A stretch of 64,000 nucleotides of DNA from the human T2T-CHM13v2.0 reference genome, Homo sapiens, in NCBI RefSeq assembly GCF_009914755.1, contig NC_060928.1; one strand, given 5' to 3'. A model generated the notes under the pieces. It worked only from the letters and a program-made list of their open reading frames with translations, had not been told where the DNA came from and ran no database searches. The stretch's first letter is position 1. Each line of letters opens with the position of its first letter. This document shows, in pieces, positions 44,031 through 60,698 of the stretch. A program made the translations under genes and the position numbers.

Positions 44031-44678
44031 TGAGGAGTTTGGGCTAGGTGACCTAGGTGACTTTCTGAGGTCCACTATAGCTTTGCCGAAGCACCCAAGA
44101 CTCTTGTCTTTTGGGAAAGACCAGACTAGACTGAATTCCCAGACTAGAGGGCTGTCATTATTTCTAGGTATAATGTTTTAGATTACAATCCAGACTGTGA
44201 TCCAGTCAAGTCTGTCTTGAGCTGTGTTAATTTTTACTTTAGAAGGACAGAACTGATAATGATTATATAAATAATTACGGTGGCAAAATGGAATGATGGG
44301 CATTAATTAATGGGAATAAGAACATTCAGCACAAATATATTCTGAAACCAAGACAAGGATGAAGACTGTAAGGCAAATGTACCTGGGAATGTGCTGCAAG
44401 TATAGCAGGTGTAGAAAGAACCACCATTTGGGCAGCTCCATCATTTTTCAAGCTCTGGTGAGAGAGGCCATCTTAGGCAGGCAGCTGTCAGTAGTGGAGA
44501 TCTGAGGGTGGCACCAGACAGTGACAAGCAGCATAAATTGGCAGACAATAAGCCACACCCATATTTAATATCCAGTGCATGCCTGTAGAGAGTCTATGCT
44601 GTTCTGACAATCTCTGCAGTTTCATCTCTTGGAGGATGGAAAGCTTAAAATATTTAGGTTAGAGAAAGGGTCTGATGA

Positions 44679-45304
<626 letters not shown>

Positions 45305-45944
45305 TCTTCTGCCTTTTAATAATAGTTTTATTTAACTTAAAACCAGCTGTGAGCTTCTTGTTCATTGTTGCTATGGCCAGCTCCTAGAAAAGAGCTCATC
45401 ACAGAGTAGATGCTCAATAAATGAAGGTGGAATTAACAAACACATGAAGCTACTGAAGGGTTCCCCGCAGGAAATTATGCTCTAGAATGGATGCTATTTT
45501 AAAGGACAGTATAGAATGGAAAGGGGTGTCAGTGATGCTTCTTTAGAACTCTGAGAATTGGAATTATAAAGTCAATACACAATGGAACAAAGCAGATATT
45601 TGGAGAATTCTCCTTAAAGCAAAACAAAACAAGCAAACAACTGACCAAAAAAGGGAACAGAATGTCTTCTGGGCCCCAAGGTGGGAAAAACAGGGCTTGG
45701 TTCTAGTGTACTCTGTGGAATCAACATGGCTAAGAAAGCGCAGGCCAACAGAATGAGAATGATTTGACCAGGAACAGAAAAACGAGTCAGAGAATCCAAG
45801 ACCGACTTTGCCAGTGTGCACAAGTGTGAGGCTGGGGGCCTGGATGTCCTTTCTGAAATAAGAGAGAAGAGAGACCAAATTAGGAACACCCTTATGGTGA
45901 GACCGGACTACTTAGAGTACCCTAGCTTGTTCTGATCCTATATT

Positions 45945-46257
45945 TCTGTTTTGTTTTGTTTTTATTTTTTGAGACAGGGTCTTGCTCTGTTGCCCAGGCT
46001 GGAGTGCAGTGGCACAATCACAGTTCACAGCAGCTCTGACCTCCTGGGCTAAAGTGACCCTCCTGCCTCAGCCTCCCAAGTGCTGGGACTACAGGCATGG
46101 AGCACCACTATGACTGGCTAATTTTTCTTTTTTAGCAATTTTTTGCAGGGATAGGATCTCATTATTTTGCCCAGGATGGTCTCACACTCTGGCTTCAAGT
46201 GATCCTCTCACCTCTGCCTCCTAAATGCCAGTTTGCGCTGGGATTACAAGCATAAGC
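45945..46257 (-). mobile_element. AluJ with an atypical 5' junction
   Basis: Antisense Alu; TSD TTCTGATCCTATATT at 45930-45944 and 46311-46325. Confidence 0.88.
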
Positions 46258-46389
46258 TTGTAATCAAACAATACTCATGCTATATAGAGTCAGAAGGCCT
46301 GCACCTGACTTTCTGATCCTATATTCTCCTAGCACGGGTAATGTCTGATTTCTTTGTTACAGGTAACTAACATGTTGATGTTGCCCTTT

Positions 46390-46840
46390 GCTGTCAGTTC
46401 AGCTCCTCTAGGAAGCAGATGCTAAGATGGAATTAGGAGTACAATAAATTTATTGGGGGCTAATGGCCATGACAGAAGGGAGAGGAAACAGGACTGGGCA
46501 ATGAAAGTCTTCACACCTCCATGCAGATTAGACACCTGTGAAAGGAAAGAAAGAGAGGCAGAATTGGGCAAGGGGAGCTTCAGACCATGGTGTGGATCTG
46601 CATAAATCTCTGCCTATGCAATAGGGAGTTCTGGAACAAAGAGTCCCCATTAGAAGAGTCCCATGCTGGGCAGACAGGGCCACACCCGAGCACTCCCAGC
46701 TTGTACGGTATTGGCTGGGGGCTACCCAGGAAGAGATGGGCCTCAGCTCAAACACATGGCATATGTTGAAGATGCTGCAGCTAGAGGCAACAGTGAGTTC
46801 TCTCTTAAAGGGAGATCTTCGCAGCACACCTCCACAGCTG
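46390..46840 (-). mobile_element. LTR16-like ERVL LTR
   Basis: GGAAGCAGATGCTAAGATGGAATTAGG...TTTATTGGGGG; homologous to 39115-39522. Confidence 0.6.
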
Positions 46841-48117
46841 CCATGCGATCCAAATCTCTTATTCCATGCTGGCTTTCACTATAGAATAGTGGCCAGAGAG
46901 TTTGATACCTGCTTTCCCAGCCTCCCTGACAATTGGAATGACTATGTGACACAGTTCTGGCTAGTGGGGCTTCTGAGAAGCTAACTGGATAAAAAGACAA
47001 AGCCTTATGCGAAGAAAGCACGCACACACATACGTGCACCGGCTATTTGTTTTCTAATTTTGAATGCCGTCTTGATACCTGGAGGGGCAGCCATCTTGCA
47101 ACCAAGAGGCCATAAGCAAATGTGCTGAAGGATATAGTTCCTTGATGACATTAATGAGACTGCTCTCTTCCTGGTAAATAAACAATATGTTATTAACAAA
47201 TGTTCTTATGGTTTAATCTATTGTTTTGGTTTTTGTTACTTGCAGCTAACTGATAATACATTTATTGCCTGGTTGAAGTAACTTAAAGTATATATGTACT
47301 TAAAGAATATATGTAATTCACCCACAAGCAAGTTCCCATATAATAGGTCTCATTATAAATGAGTAAGTTGGCATTCTACTTTACATGTGAATTTCTTAAT
47401 ACTTTGGTTAGAGTGAGCCAGTCCTTGTGAAATCAATATTCACAGAGTATTCTGAGAAAAGAGTTTTGAGACCTGAAAAGCCAGAGAAAGACGAAGCCTG
47501 AAAAGGGTGACAAGGTGCACTCACTCAGCGTCCTTCCCGAGATTGTGCGTTCCAATCTTAGCAAGAGGGTTTGCATTTATTCAAGCCCCAGGACAAACTA
47601 TGGCTGTACATCCTAGTTGGCAATAATTTTTAAATATCAAAAGCCTGAAACTTGTCACCTTTAAAAAAAAAATTTCTGCAGTGAAATAATGAAGCAGCGC
47701 CTGTACTTTTTAGGAGAATCAGCCCTGTATGATTAATTATAGGCCACAGGACAGCAATGGAATATATAGACTATGAGGACCAGTGGGCATTGTCTAGAAA
47801 GAAGCAATTTGTTTATAGAAGACCGATAAACACTATGCCGACTTTCTTCCATTGACATACTAGCAACCATAAGGAAATTCACTCGTTGTCATGTTGGAAG
47901 ACAGAGTCATGAAAAAGGATACAGAATAGGTCAGTTTTAAACATAGTTGAAGAAAGTATGGTGTGAGGACAATAGTGACAGAGTGGGGAATACCGAGTTG
48001 CTGGGCTGTAGTAGTGGGAATTCTGGGCACTTGTCCCTTTAGTGTGAGGACCCTAGACACTGGGAAATCTGAGGAGCACTATTTAGATGCAAAAATGGAC
48101 CATTTTGATGTTCTCAT

Positions 48118-48585
48118 CTGTATCAGTGTTGTCAAGGAAACAGATGACTTGCTCAAATTAGGATAATTCAAAGAGTGTTTAATAAAAGGACAATTTTCAA
48201 AGGTAAAAGAGAGGTGTAGGGAAACCTCAAGGATAGTGAAGTCAGGTCTTGAAACAGAGAAGCTGTAATCAAATTAGGCCCAAAGTGATAAAAGGAGGAT
48301 AGATGGCTGCTGGAACCCAAAAGGAAGAGTTGCGTAGAAAAGATGACTTGAGAAGATCTGTGACCTTGGTTGAGAGGACACAGCTTACCTGAGAGCCAGG
48401 GGCCTAAATATACTGACCTCATACTCCTCCCTCCCTCCAATCTCTGCCAGGGCTCCCCATTGGCCCAACTAGAAGCCAGGGAGCACAAGAGCCTACTGGT
48501 GTAGTTCATGAACTCAGTTTCCTGGGTGGAAAGCACAATGGAGAAGAGCAGAGAGTGGGTCTGAAGGACAAAGAGAAGACACTGT
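48118..48585 (-). mobile_element. LTR33-like ERVL LTR
   Basis: Its reverse complement resembles 51568-52065 (CCCTGGCTTCTAGTTGGGCCAATGGG...GGAGGGAGGGAGGAG). Confidence 0.55.
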
Positions 48586-51066
48586 GTCCCTTCCCTTGTT
48601 TGTCCTCTTTCAGAGATGGTTCTGGACAACTCTAGGACTAAAACCAGAAAGAGAGAGAAGGAAACTAAGTCTGGAACATCTGCAGATGATGTAATTTGTT
48701 CCTAAGAATTTGAGAGATTCTGAAAACATAAATAAATCATAACTTCAGGCTTTCAAGTAAGACTTGGATACAGCGAGCTCTCCCGGGAGGTGTTGAGGAG
48801 GGTGTTTGGAAACGTACCTTTGGCTGGTATTGAAGGAAGAAGAGTTCTCATTTCAACCAGTTAACTAGTTATTTCATCCAAGAAATAGCATAATGGAAAA
48901 TATAGGGAAATGAGTATTTAAGTGTTGGAGGAAAAAAAAAAAAGAAAAGGAAAGCAGACCAAGCAGGAAGAAGCAGAGGAGGTGGAGTGGGCACTTATTA
49001 AGGGAAGCAAAGCTTTCCAGAAACCTCAGTTTATGATTCACTACCCAGAACTGGGTCATATGGTAGTTGGACACCCCGAGCTGAGAGCGAGTCTGGAGAA
49101 GCAGACATTTCTACCTGGGCACAGTGATGCCCTGAACCAAATCAGGTTTTTGGTAGAAGACAGAAACAGGCGTAGATATTGGGCAGGCAATTAGCAGTGC
49201 TTCCTGTCTTACAGAAAACTAAGACTCATATATGTGAAGGAATTGATCCAAGAATTCACAGTTAGTAAGTGATGGAGCTAATATTCACACTTGGCTTCTT
49301 TGGACTCCAAATGCTTTTGTGTACTGGGTTATAAAGTTATAATGGAAGGCTGGTGCTGGCTTCTTGCCTTAACATGTAGCACTAAAAGACTGGTAGTTTA
49401 TCCTGTAGGAAAGGATGGCTTTGGACATATGGAGAAGAAAAAACAGAATATTTCTAGGAGATGAATTTATTTCACCTGCAGTGAGGAACACAGGATATTG
49501 GTTCCAGTTTTGTCACTGACTTATAACTTAGGTAAGTCACTTATTTTCTCTGTGACATTTTGTTACTGTCTATAAAATGGAATAATATTACCTTCTAAAA
49601 ACTCACAGATAATGTGAAATATAATAACAATATTAAGAAATGCTTTGATATCCATGGATAAAATGTTTTAAGGAAAAGTCAAAGATGTCAAACCAGCATT
49701 TTGGGCCACAGTGCTCATCAAGAACATTCCAGATAAAGGCAGAACACCACTCCTGTTGGATGTAATAGTGAGACTAAATACTGCCAAAGTCTAAGTGCCT
49801 GGAGAAATTCCTGTTAGGAACATGAACTACAGAGAACAACAATGCTTCCTCTTCTTTTCCTTTATTACAATAAGATTTCCTCTATTTCTAAGCTCCTGGA
49901 CCTGAAGCAGACCTGCAGAGAGGATCAAGTGCAGAGACAAGCTGCTGCTGAGATCATCATAGGGGACCTCTTCTAACATATGAGTTCCTGAGGAAGTGCT
50001 GTGACCTTCCAATGCTGCCACTGGTAGTCTCATTTCAAAGAGTAAAATGTGAAAATCCAATGGCAGCAGCTATTGTGATATGCCAGACAGCAGGAATTGG
50101 GACTAAAAATCAAGGGATACTTGTGATAATAGATCCATAGTACTTTGGAGCTGGAAGAAACCCAGCTTCAAAAAACAGCTTGATTTGCAGCTCTTCATTC
50201 AAAAAGGTATAAACCCTCTCTTTTTAAATGCTTAAATGGAATAAATGTATTCAGGACAGCTGCTGAGATTATCTAGAAATACAGATTGCTTAAATTTGAA
50301 TTCTGAATTCAAACTTACTAACTATGCAACTTTAGGAATGTTGCTTCATCTTTTCGGATGTTTCCTCATCTGTAAAATGGGATGGTAATAGAATCTTTCT
50401 TGAGTTTCTTTAATTAGGCAAGATAACCTGTGTAAAGCCCTTGGCACACAGTATGTACTCCCTAAATTCTAGCCCTTATATTAGTATGTATCTATAAACT
50501 ATTAGAATTATAGAGCTATAGTTTCTATATTCAGAAAGGCTTAAATATTTGTACATGCCTACCTCACTGCTTCTGTGTTAGAGATACAATTGAAGGAGGG
50601 AGGTTGACAGTGAAAATGCTCAGAAGTTAGAGTCAGACAGACCTGATTTTGGATCTTGCTGTCTCTCCTGGCATTGTGCCCTTTGGTTGGCTACTTTACT
50701 TCTCCAAACCCCAGTTCCTTCTCTGTTTATCTAAGCAATGTGTCTTTCTTCTTGATGCCTTCAGCAGCCCTGTACCATTCCAATATTGATACAAACTCAA
50801 TTCCTTCATTAACTTCCATAAGAAATCTATTCACACTGAGCATATTATCACTTTTTTTTTCATCCTTACTGTGAGTTCATATGATCATAGGGAGATATCT
50901 CATCACACAGAGTGCCCACATTTTCACTTGAAAAATCTCTACTAGATTGATCTCTTCTAACTCTTGCCTCCTGGCCCTCAGCCACTGTCTTCCTCCTACT
51001 CTTAAACTTACCCCAAGAATGCATCCAATCCCATTTTCCTTCCCTATTCTTCCTTTATTATTCTGA

Positions 51067-51416
<350 letters not shown>

Positions 51417-51567
51417 CTCTTTTTTTTTTTTTTTTTAAATCACAACTGGGTAATCAAAGTATTTCTTCTGTCTCTGATCAGATGCTAAGAAGACAATTTT
51501 TTTCTCTGATCATGTTCTTAAACTCCTTAATCTTTAGAATGCAATTCTTCTTTTCTTGGAGAGAAAC

Positions 51568-52065
51568 TGTGTTGGATATTTTCCATTTGCTCCTCCAGAT
51601 ATGACCCCCTCCTCCCACCCCACACTCATCCTCACCCTGCTGTGCACCTAGGGAAGATGACCCACGCTGACTGCATCACTGGCTCCTTGCCTTTTGGCTT
51701 CTGGATGGTTTGGCCAGTGAGTGTCAGGAGCAGAAGACTGGAGGATGGGAGAGTGAGTTCAGGATATTTATCCCCTCAGATTTATCCCCATCTTCCCAGG
51801 TCACTGCAGGTTGGACACATCCTCTACTGAAGGCCATATCGCCTGTCAGTGGGTCCTTCCCTGAAATTACCCTTTCTGGTTCTAAGAGCTACTCTTTCTC
51901 CTTGTACCTTCAGGCCTAGAGGTGGTCACAGCTCCTGCTGTAGCTGGCCCCAGGGATGCTACATTACTTCTTATATATTTTCCTTACTTGTCTACACCTT
52001 CATAAATAGTCCCTTTATTAAACTCTCAATTACACCATTTAAGTGTACCATCTATTTCTAGTTAC
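51568..52065 (+). mobile_element. LTR33-like ERVL LTR
   Basis: TGTGTTGGATATTTTCCATTTGCTCCTCCAGAT...GACTGCATCA...TAAATAGTCCCTTTATTAAACTCTC. Confidence 0.65.
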
Positions 52066-52314
52066 AGCAACCTACCCATTTATTTAACTCTTCATTCCTT
52101 CAAAAACCATGATTGAGTTACCATTTCTAGCCAGGAACTATTGTGGGGACTGGGGATACAAAGGCAAATAATACATTCTGTTTTCCATGAGCTCACTGCT
52201 GGCAAAGGACACAGACAAATGAACAGATGGTGACAATGGAGCTGTAATAAGAGCAGTGTTAGCATTTTTGCTTTGAAAGGACATGAGGGAGGTCCTTAGT
52301 TCTCTTTAAGGACT

Positions 52315-52680
52315 AGCTGTGGTCTGAATGTTTGTGCCCCGACCCACTTCCCAAATTCACATGTTGAAATCGTCACCCCCAAGATGATGTTATTAGGAGG
52401 TGTGTCTTTGGGGGGTGATGAGGTTACTGGGGGAAGCCCTCATGAATGGGATTAATAGCCTTGTAAAAAAGAACCCAGAGACCTCCCCTGCTCCTTTTAC
52501 CATGTGAGTACACAGCAGGAAGGTGCCATCTATGAACCAGGAAGTGGGCCCTCACCAGATACTGAATTGTCACATTGATCTTGGACTTCTCAGCTTCCAG
52601 AACTGTGAGAAAGAAATTTATTGTTTATAAGCTATCCTATCTATGTTATTTTGTTATACCAGCCAGAATGGACTAAGACA
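52315..52680 (+). mobile_element. MLT1A/MST-type MaLR solo LTR
   Basis: GGTCTGAATGTTTGTGCCCC...CCCTCATGAATGGGATTA...CAGAACTGTGAGAAA...GGACTAAGACA. Confidence 0.85.
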
Positions 52681-52720
52681 GGGATCTAGCAGAGAAATGC
52701 TTTCTGAAGAAGAAAAAATT

Positions 52721-53030
52721 GGCTGGGTGCAGTGGTTCACACCTGTAATTTCAGCATTTTGGGAGGCTGAGGTGGGAAGATCGCTTGTGGCCAGGAGTTT
52801 CAAACCACCCTGGGCAACATGGAGAGACCCCATCTGTACAAAAAAAATTTTTTTTTTAAAATTAGCCAGGTGTGGTGGTGCATGCCTGTGGTCCTAGCTA
52901 CTCTAGAGGCTAAGTCAGAAGGATCACTTGAGCCCAGGAGGTGAAGACTGCAGTGAGCTGTGATTGTGCCACTGCACTCCCATCTGGCCTGTGGAGTAAG
53001 ACCCTGTGTCAGAAAAAAAAAAAAAAAAGA
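52721..53030 (+). mobile_element. AluJ
   Basis: Diverged dimeric Alu with an A tail. Confidence 0.88.
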
Positions 53031-54473
53031 AAACCTTGCTTTTGCTTTCACTGTTGGAAGTCAAAGTGGAATAAGATAAGTGGGAATTAGCCAGGATGGG
53101 GAAGATGAAAGAGAGATGAGAGTGTACTAGAAGTGGGAATAGTTTTGGAAAAATGCTAGGAGGAGGACCAACTAAGGGGGTCAGAGCAGAGATGGAATTT
53201 GAAGACTGGTAGAAGACTGGCTCAGGCAGTAAACGGCTTTTTTTCTCTACTCTTTTTGCAGGAATTTTGTCTTTATCCTGAACGTGATGGGAAGCCAGGG
53301 AAGGCTTTTGTGTTTTAGAAACGTCTCTCTGGATGCAGTGTATAGAAGGACCTAGAGAGTGGGCCCTGAAGGTAGTGAAAACAGTTGGGAGGGCAGAGCA
53401 AGGCGGTAGGCGAGAAATGAGGGCTGAAACTAGGGTTGTTGCAGAGTGGATGCTGACGAGGGAGAACTCAGGAGAAGGTGTACGTGGGTAGCCTTTTTAC
53501 CACAGTACTTGCAGCTGCTCTCTCATTTTAAACTGGGGATGTATAAATATAGCCGTGGCAGGGAATTGGAAAGTTTTAGCTCTGTATACATTCTAAATTA
53601 GGCTTGTACATTTTGGAGTTCAATATCTTATTAATGTTGTAAAAGATAGAATAAATACTATTATATATCTGTCTACGCAGTAGCACCAGCTCCATCCAAA
53701 TAATGAGTTAGACAGTAACAAATCTCAGATTCCAAAGGGCAGAGCACCAACACAGAGGGTTCTTCCTGCTGTGCTGGCGTGGACAGTGGCCACCTTTCAC
53801 CACCTGTTCCCCTGGATGCTTTTGTTCTTCTATGCTGGCAGAACTAGGATCCAGGCAGGCTTCACAATGCAGCCAGAGTTGCTGATAGTTTTGGCGAATA
53901 ACCTACTGAAATTAATCCAGCTCAGAATATGAGTTCAGGAAACTGGAAGTAGAATTGTTCTTTACACAAACCTCATTTCCCCTCCCTGTTTCCTCCTCCA
54001 CAGACTCAGGTTGTGGTTGGGGGGAATCAAGAGACAGAAAAGAAAAGGGATGGGTGGATTAGGATTCGGAAGCAGTTTGTCTTGGCTTGGAAGTAATAGA
54101 ATTGAAATAAAGCTATTGAAAAGAAAATTGGGGTGCTTTCACCACACCTCTTCTCTCTGTGCCGCCATCCCTAAGGATAGCTCGTGTGGCAGGAAGAGCA
54201 TATTATCTTTCTTCTCTTGTGGGTTTCAGGGGTCTTTCACGGGAAAAAAGGGATAATAGGGCCACAGGGAGTGGTTACTGGCTCTACCATCTCAATACAT
54301 CCCTCTAAACTCACTTTCAGACAATCCTAGCTGTAGTACTTAGTGCTCAAGAGCAGGGCCTTGGAATCCAAACAACCTGGGTTTAAATCCTCACTCTGAC
54401 TATTCCTCTTGGCAGCTGTGTAACTTGGGGAAAGTTGCTTCATCCCTTCAAACCTGACTTTTCTCATTCATAA

Positions 54474-54874
<401 letters not shown>

Positions 54875-55454
54875 AAAGGGTGGTAACTTTTAATTTTTGG
54901 GCTGTAAATTAGAGATGGAATGGCCAAATTAGGAGTCCAAGCTGGGCCTCCACTTTTGTGCTTGTCAGCTACATAGGCTAGGGGGCAGTGGGAGCCTCAA
55001 GATCACATCCTCAGGCATGGTCCAGGGCCCCATCCTCTGGCCTTGAAGAGTGATGACTAACTGTGGAATGTTGCCTGGCTTCTCTACAGTGAGGATTGTT
55101 ATGTGTCTAATTTTGAACTGGACTATCAGGTAGTTGAGCTTTCTATCCAGGAAGTCAACTGAGAAAACACTGGCATAAACATGCGGGGAGTGGGTTTCTC
55201 TTATTTGTTAAGCTTTATTTTTAGTGTTATTGTATGACTTGTAGATGAAGATTCTCACTGACTTTTGGGCCTGCAGAAGCAGGTGCTACCATTGCAGGCC
55301 TTGGACATGAACATGGTATTGTTCCAAATTCATTTCTGCATTATTTATACATTTGCAACTTCAAAGTGGGGCTGACCATTTCCCTTTTATAAGGGTGCCT
55401 CTTTTCTTGGGCTTTCCAGGATGCCATGTCTCCTTTCTTCTTCCTTCCTTTACA

Positions 55455-56278
<824 letters not shown>

Positions 56279-56754
56279 TAAACAGTTCTTCTCCAGCATG
56301 TTTGGCAATTTTGTTGATTCTATCTGGCTACCCTAAAGGAAGAGTATCTATCTCCTTTCTCCTGACTACAAGTATGTGAACACTCAAGATGAAAGAAGGG
56401 GACTAGCATCAGTAAATTCCCGGAAAGCACTGGTGACAGTCGCAGGAATAAACTAGGTCAATTTGTGTCTCATTGTCCATTGACCTATTGCCTTAGACTT
56501 GGTTAGATCTCAGTGTGATTCCAGCTGGCCTCTCAGCTTCTCCTCTTTTCATCCTCACATCTATCCTCCAATGGGATTCATGTAGCTAAACTTGCAGCTT
56601 TTCAAAAACTTTTGCTCTAAATACCTCTAATAATGGATAAGTGCCTCTGGAAACTCTGGGGAAGGTAGAGTTTAAAGCAGTCTGTGATAAGCATAAGATT
56701 TCTTTGAAGGCTCATGTTTTCTTAAGATTTCATGCAAATTTTACAATGTATTTC

Positions 56755-57830
<1,076 letters not shown>

Positions 57831-58319
57831 CTTAATATAAAATAAATCTTTTTATCCCCAAATGTACAAGTGGAATGACTTTCCAGAAACATGTGAGTCC
57901 TGAGGATACTCATACTTTCTAGCCTGCCGTTTGCGAAGCACAGACAAAACCCAAAGCCTCACTGGGTTACTTCCTTGCTTCCATTGAGTCATCCTCCTCA
58001 ATAATACTTGTGAATGAACGAATAAATGCATAACACGCACAGGTGAGCGATGAGAAATACCAGCGTTGTCTGACGGTAAGGATATTTGTGTTCAACACCA
58101 GTGTCTGACCAAATAGCTACTCATATTTCTTCTGAAATTCTTTAGGGCACACTAAACATCTTCCATGTTGTCTAAGTGCTGGAAGGGAAATTGATTCAGC
58201 CACTTTTTGAAGGTGACTCTAAATTATTCTCTCAAAATACTCAACAGCCTTTACAATGTAGTTAAAAAAAAAAAGCGGGTGGAGGGGAGAAATGCCTGTC
58301 TAAAGTAGGAAGCCCCAAG

Positions 58320-58560
58320 AGAAAGCCCTGGGGCGTCCAGAGGCTTGGTTTCACCTGGCAGCCGTCTGGGACCAATTGCGGAGTTGAAGTAGCTCCTACG
58401 CTTTCTCATTGGTCCTCACCCAGGGGGAAGGCGTGGCTTCAAGTGTAAAAGGCGAGGAAGCCTGGCGGGGCTGTGGGTTGTTCCGCTGGTGGATGGTTTG
58501 GGGTTGGTCGGGCGGGGTTTCTTCCAAAGCTTTGTAGGCCTGCGAGGTACTAAGAAGTTC
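58320..58560. promoter_or_regulatory. Candidate orphan promoter/enhancer
   Basis: Local CpG/GC rise; CCAAT 58372, ATTGG 58408, GC boxes at ~58428, 58464 and 58510. Confidence 0.45.
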
Positions 58561-60391
58561 TCTGGTGGCTGGAGGGGTGGGTGGAAAGGACCAAGCTCTT
58601 GGTAATTCTCAAGGGGGAACTTTGGTTAGCTTGCTTTAGAAGTGAAAGATGAACGAAGAAAAAAGCGAGGGCACTTAAGCGGACTAAGGAACTCGAAAGA
58701 AGGGGAACTAGGCGTTGTGTGTGGGCAGAAAATACCTCCTAGGAGGTCACAGCAACTCCCTGAAGTCGTTTTAGCAGGCTTGCCTCTTCCAGTTACTGTG
58801 CTTTCTTAGAGTTTGTTCTTTTAGAAGCTTAAGATACAATCTTGAATTGAGGTTTCTTCTCTCATGCTCAAGCCTTACTTGCTGAGAAGGCTCCTGTCTC
58901 TTGACTTCTGTTTAATCTCTACCATAGACTTTAGCAAAGCCACTCTTATAGCTAACTTACTGAAGTTACGTAAATTCCAAGAGAAATACACGGGTTTAGA
59001 GGTTCTACGTTTAAAGCAAGCGCAGCAATCTTTAGAACTTCCTTTTAGCTATTTGGAATCCCAAAGTCTCTATTAAACACCTGTCTGGAGTAATGGTGGA
59101 AAGTGACTAAAAAGCTAGCTTCTCATCTCTTCAGAGACTAAAAATTAGATCCACTTCGATGAAAACCATAAGAAAATGTAGATCAACTTTGAATTAGTTT
59201 TTTTTTGAGGGTAGGAAACGTCCCTTTGTGACCTATTAGTAAAAAAAACTAAAATGAACTTCAAGCATGTGGCTTTTAAGACTCCTTACTAGGAAGTTAG
59301 GATCTTAATCATATTCAGCAGAAAGCAGCTGTCTGCCTCGAAGACACGCAACCTGTGGGCTGCAACTGACCTTCCACCTGGTTGTGGAGGTGGGAGACTC
59401 GTTGACTGGCAAGCCTCAGGTAATGTCAGACTGACACACCTGAAAGCACTTCTGATAGCAGTTAGAAACTTAGTAGTTGAAACAGGAAATTTCATCTAGT
59501 TGAACAGATCGTTAGCATTGAGAATGGACACTTCCTTTAGGCTTACTAGAAAAGGCAAACCATCTGTCATGGAAAAGATAAAGTGGCATCTTAGTGACAG
59601 ACTCAAAAGTACACAGCATGATGGATATGTTCATTATCTTGACTGACAATTTCACAGGTGCGATGGTAGCAAGTTACATAGCTTAAGTATCGTAATTCTT
59701 GCGTGCCAGCTACAGAAAAGTGCTTTTTAAAACCATGTCCAGTCATGTAGGTCCACCTGCCTTAACCTGAACAAGGGTGAATAAATACATGGGTAGGGAC
59801 ATGAAGCACTCTCCCCTCATCCCCATCAGCATGGAGTTACTTTCTTCACACTGTCCTTACAAAGCAGGGTTCAAGGAGAAGAGCAGAGTTCTTTCCTTCA
59901 TGTAGATAATCTGATCAAGGGATGTGTCTCCCAGGCTGACAATCCACTTGACAAAGAGTCACTTGACAGGTCTGGGATCTCGAAGCCCAAGGCTTTCCAA
60001 CACTGTTAGTTAAGTGCTGTAATTAGAGCTGGGGTGCTGGGGCAGGGAAGGCTCCTGCAGGATGGTCAAGGATGGGAATAGGTGGCCTTGTTTTTCCACA
60101 GTTGCTTAACATTAAAAACTAGTCTTCTGATTAGTCATCCTGTAGCATTCTCACCTGTACTTGTGTCCTTTTACTGATAGCAAAACTTTCTCTGCTTTTA
60201 TAGACTCCAGAAGCTAATACAGCAGTGACTTAGTCCTGCCAAATAAGAATTTGGTCAAATTTAAGTGCATGGTACGGATGCCTTATCTCCCTAATCCTTT
60301 TCCCGTTTTTGTAAACTTCAACCACTATAAAAGCCGAGGGAAATAAAAACTAACTTTACATAAACAACTTTACTTCAAAACTAATACTCTG

Positions 60392-60698
<307 letters not shown>

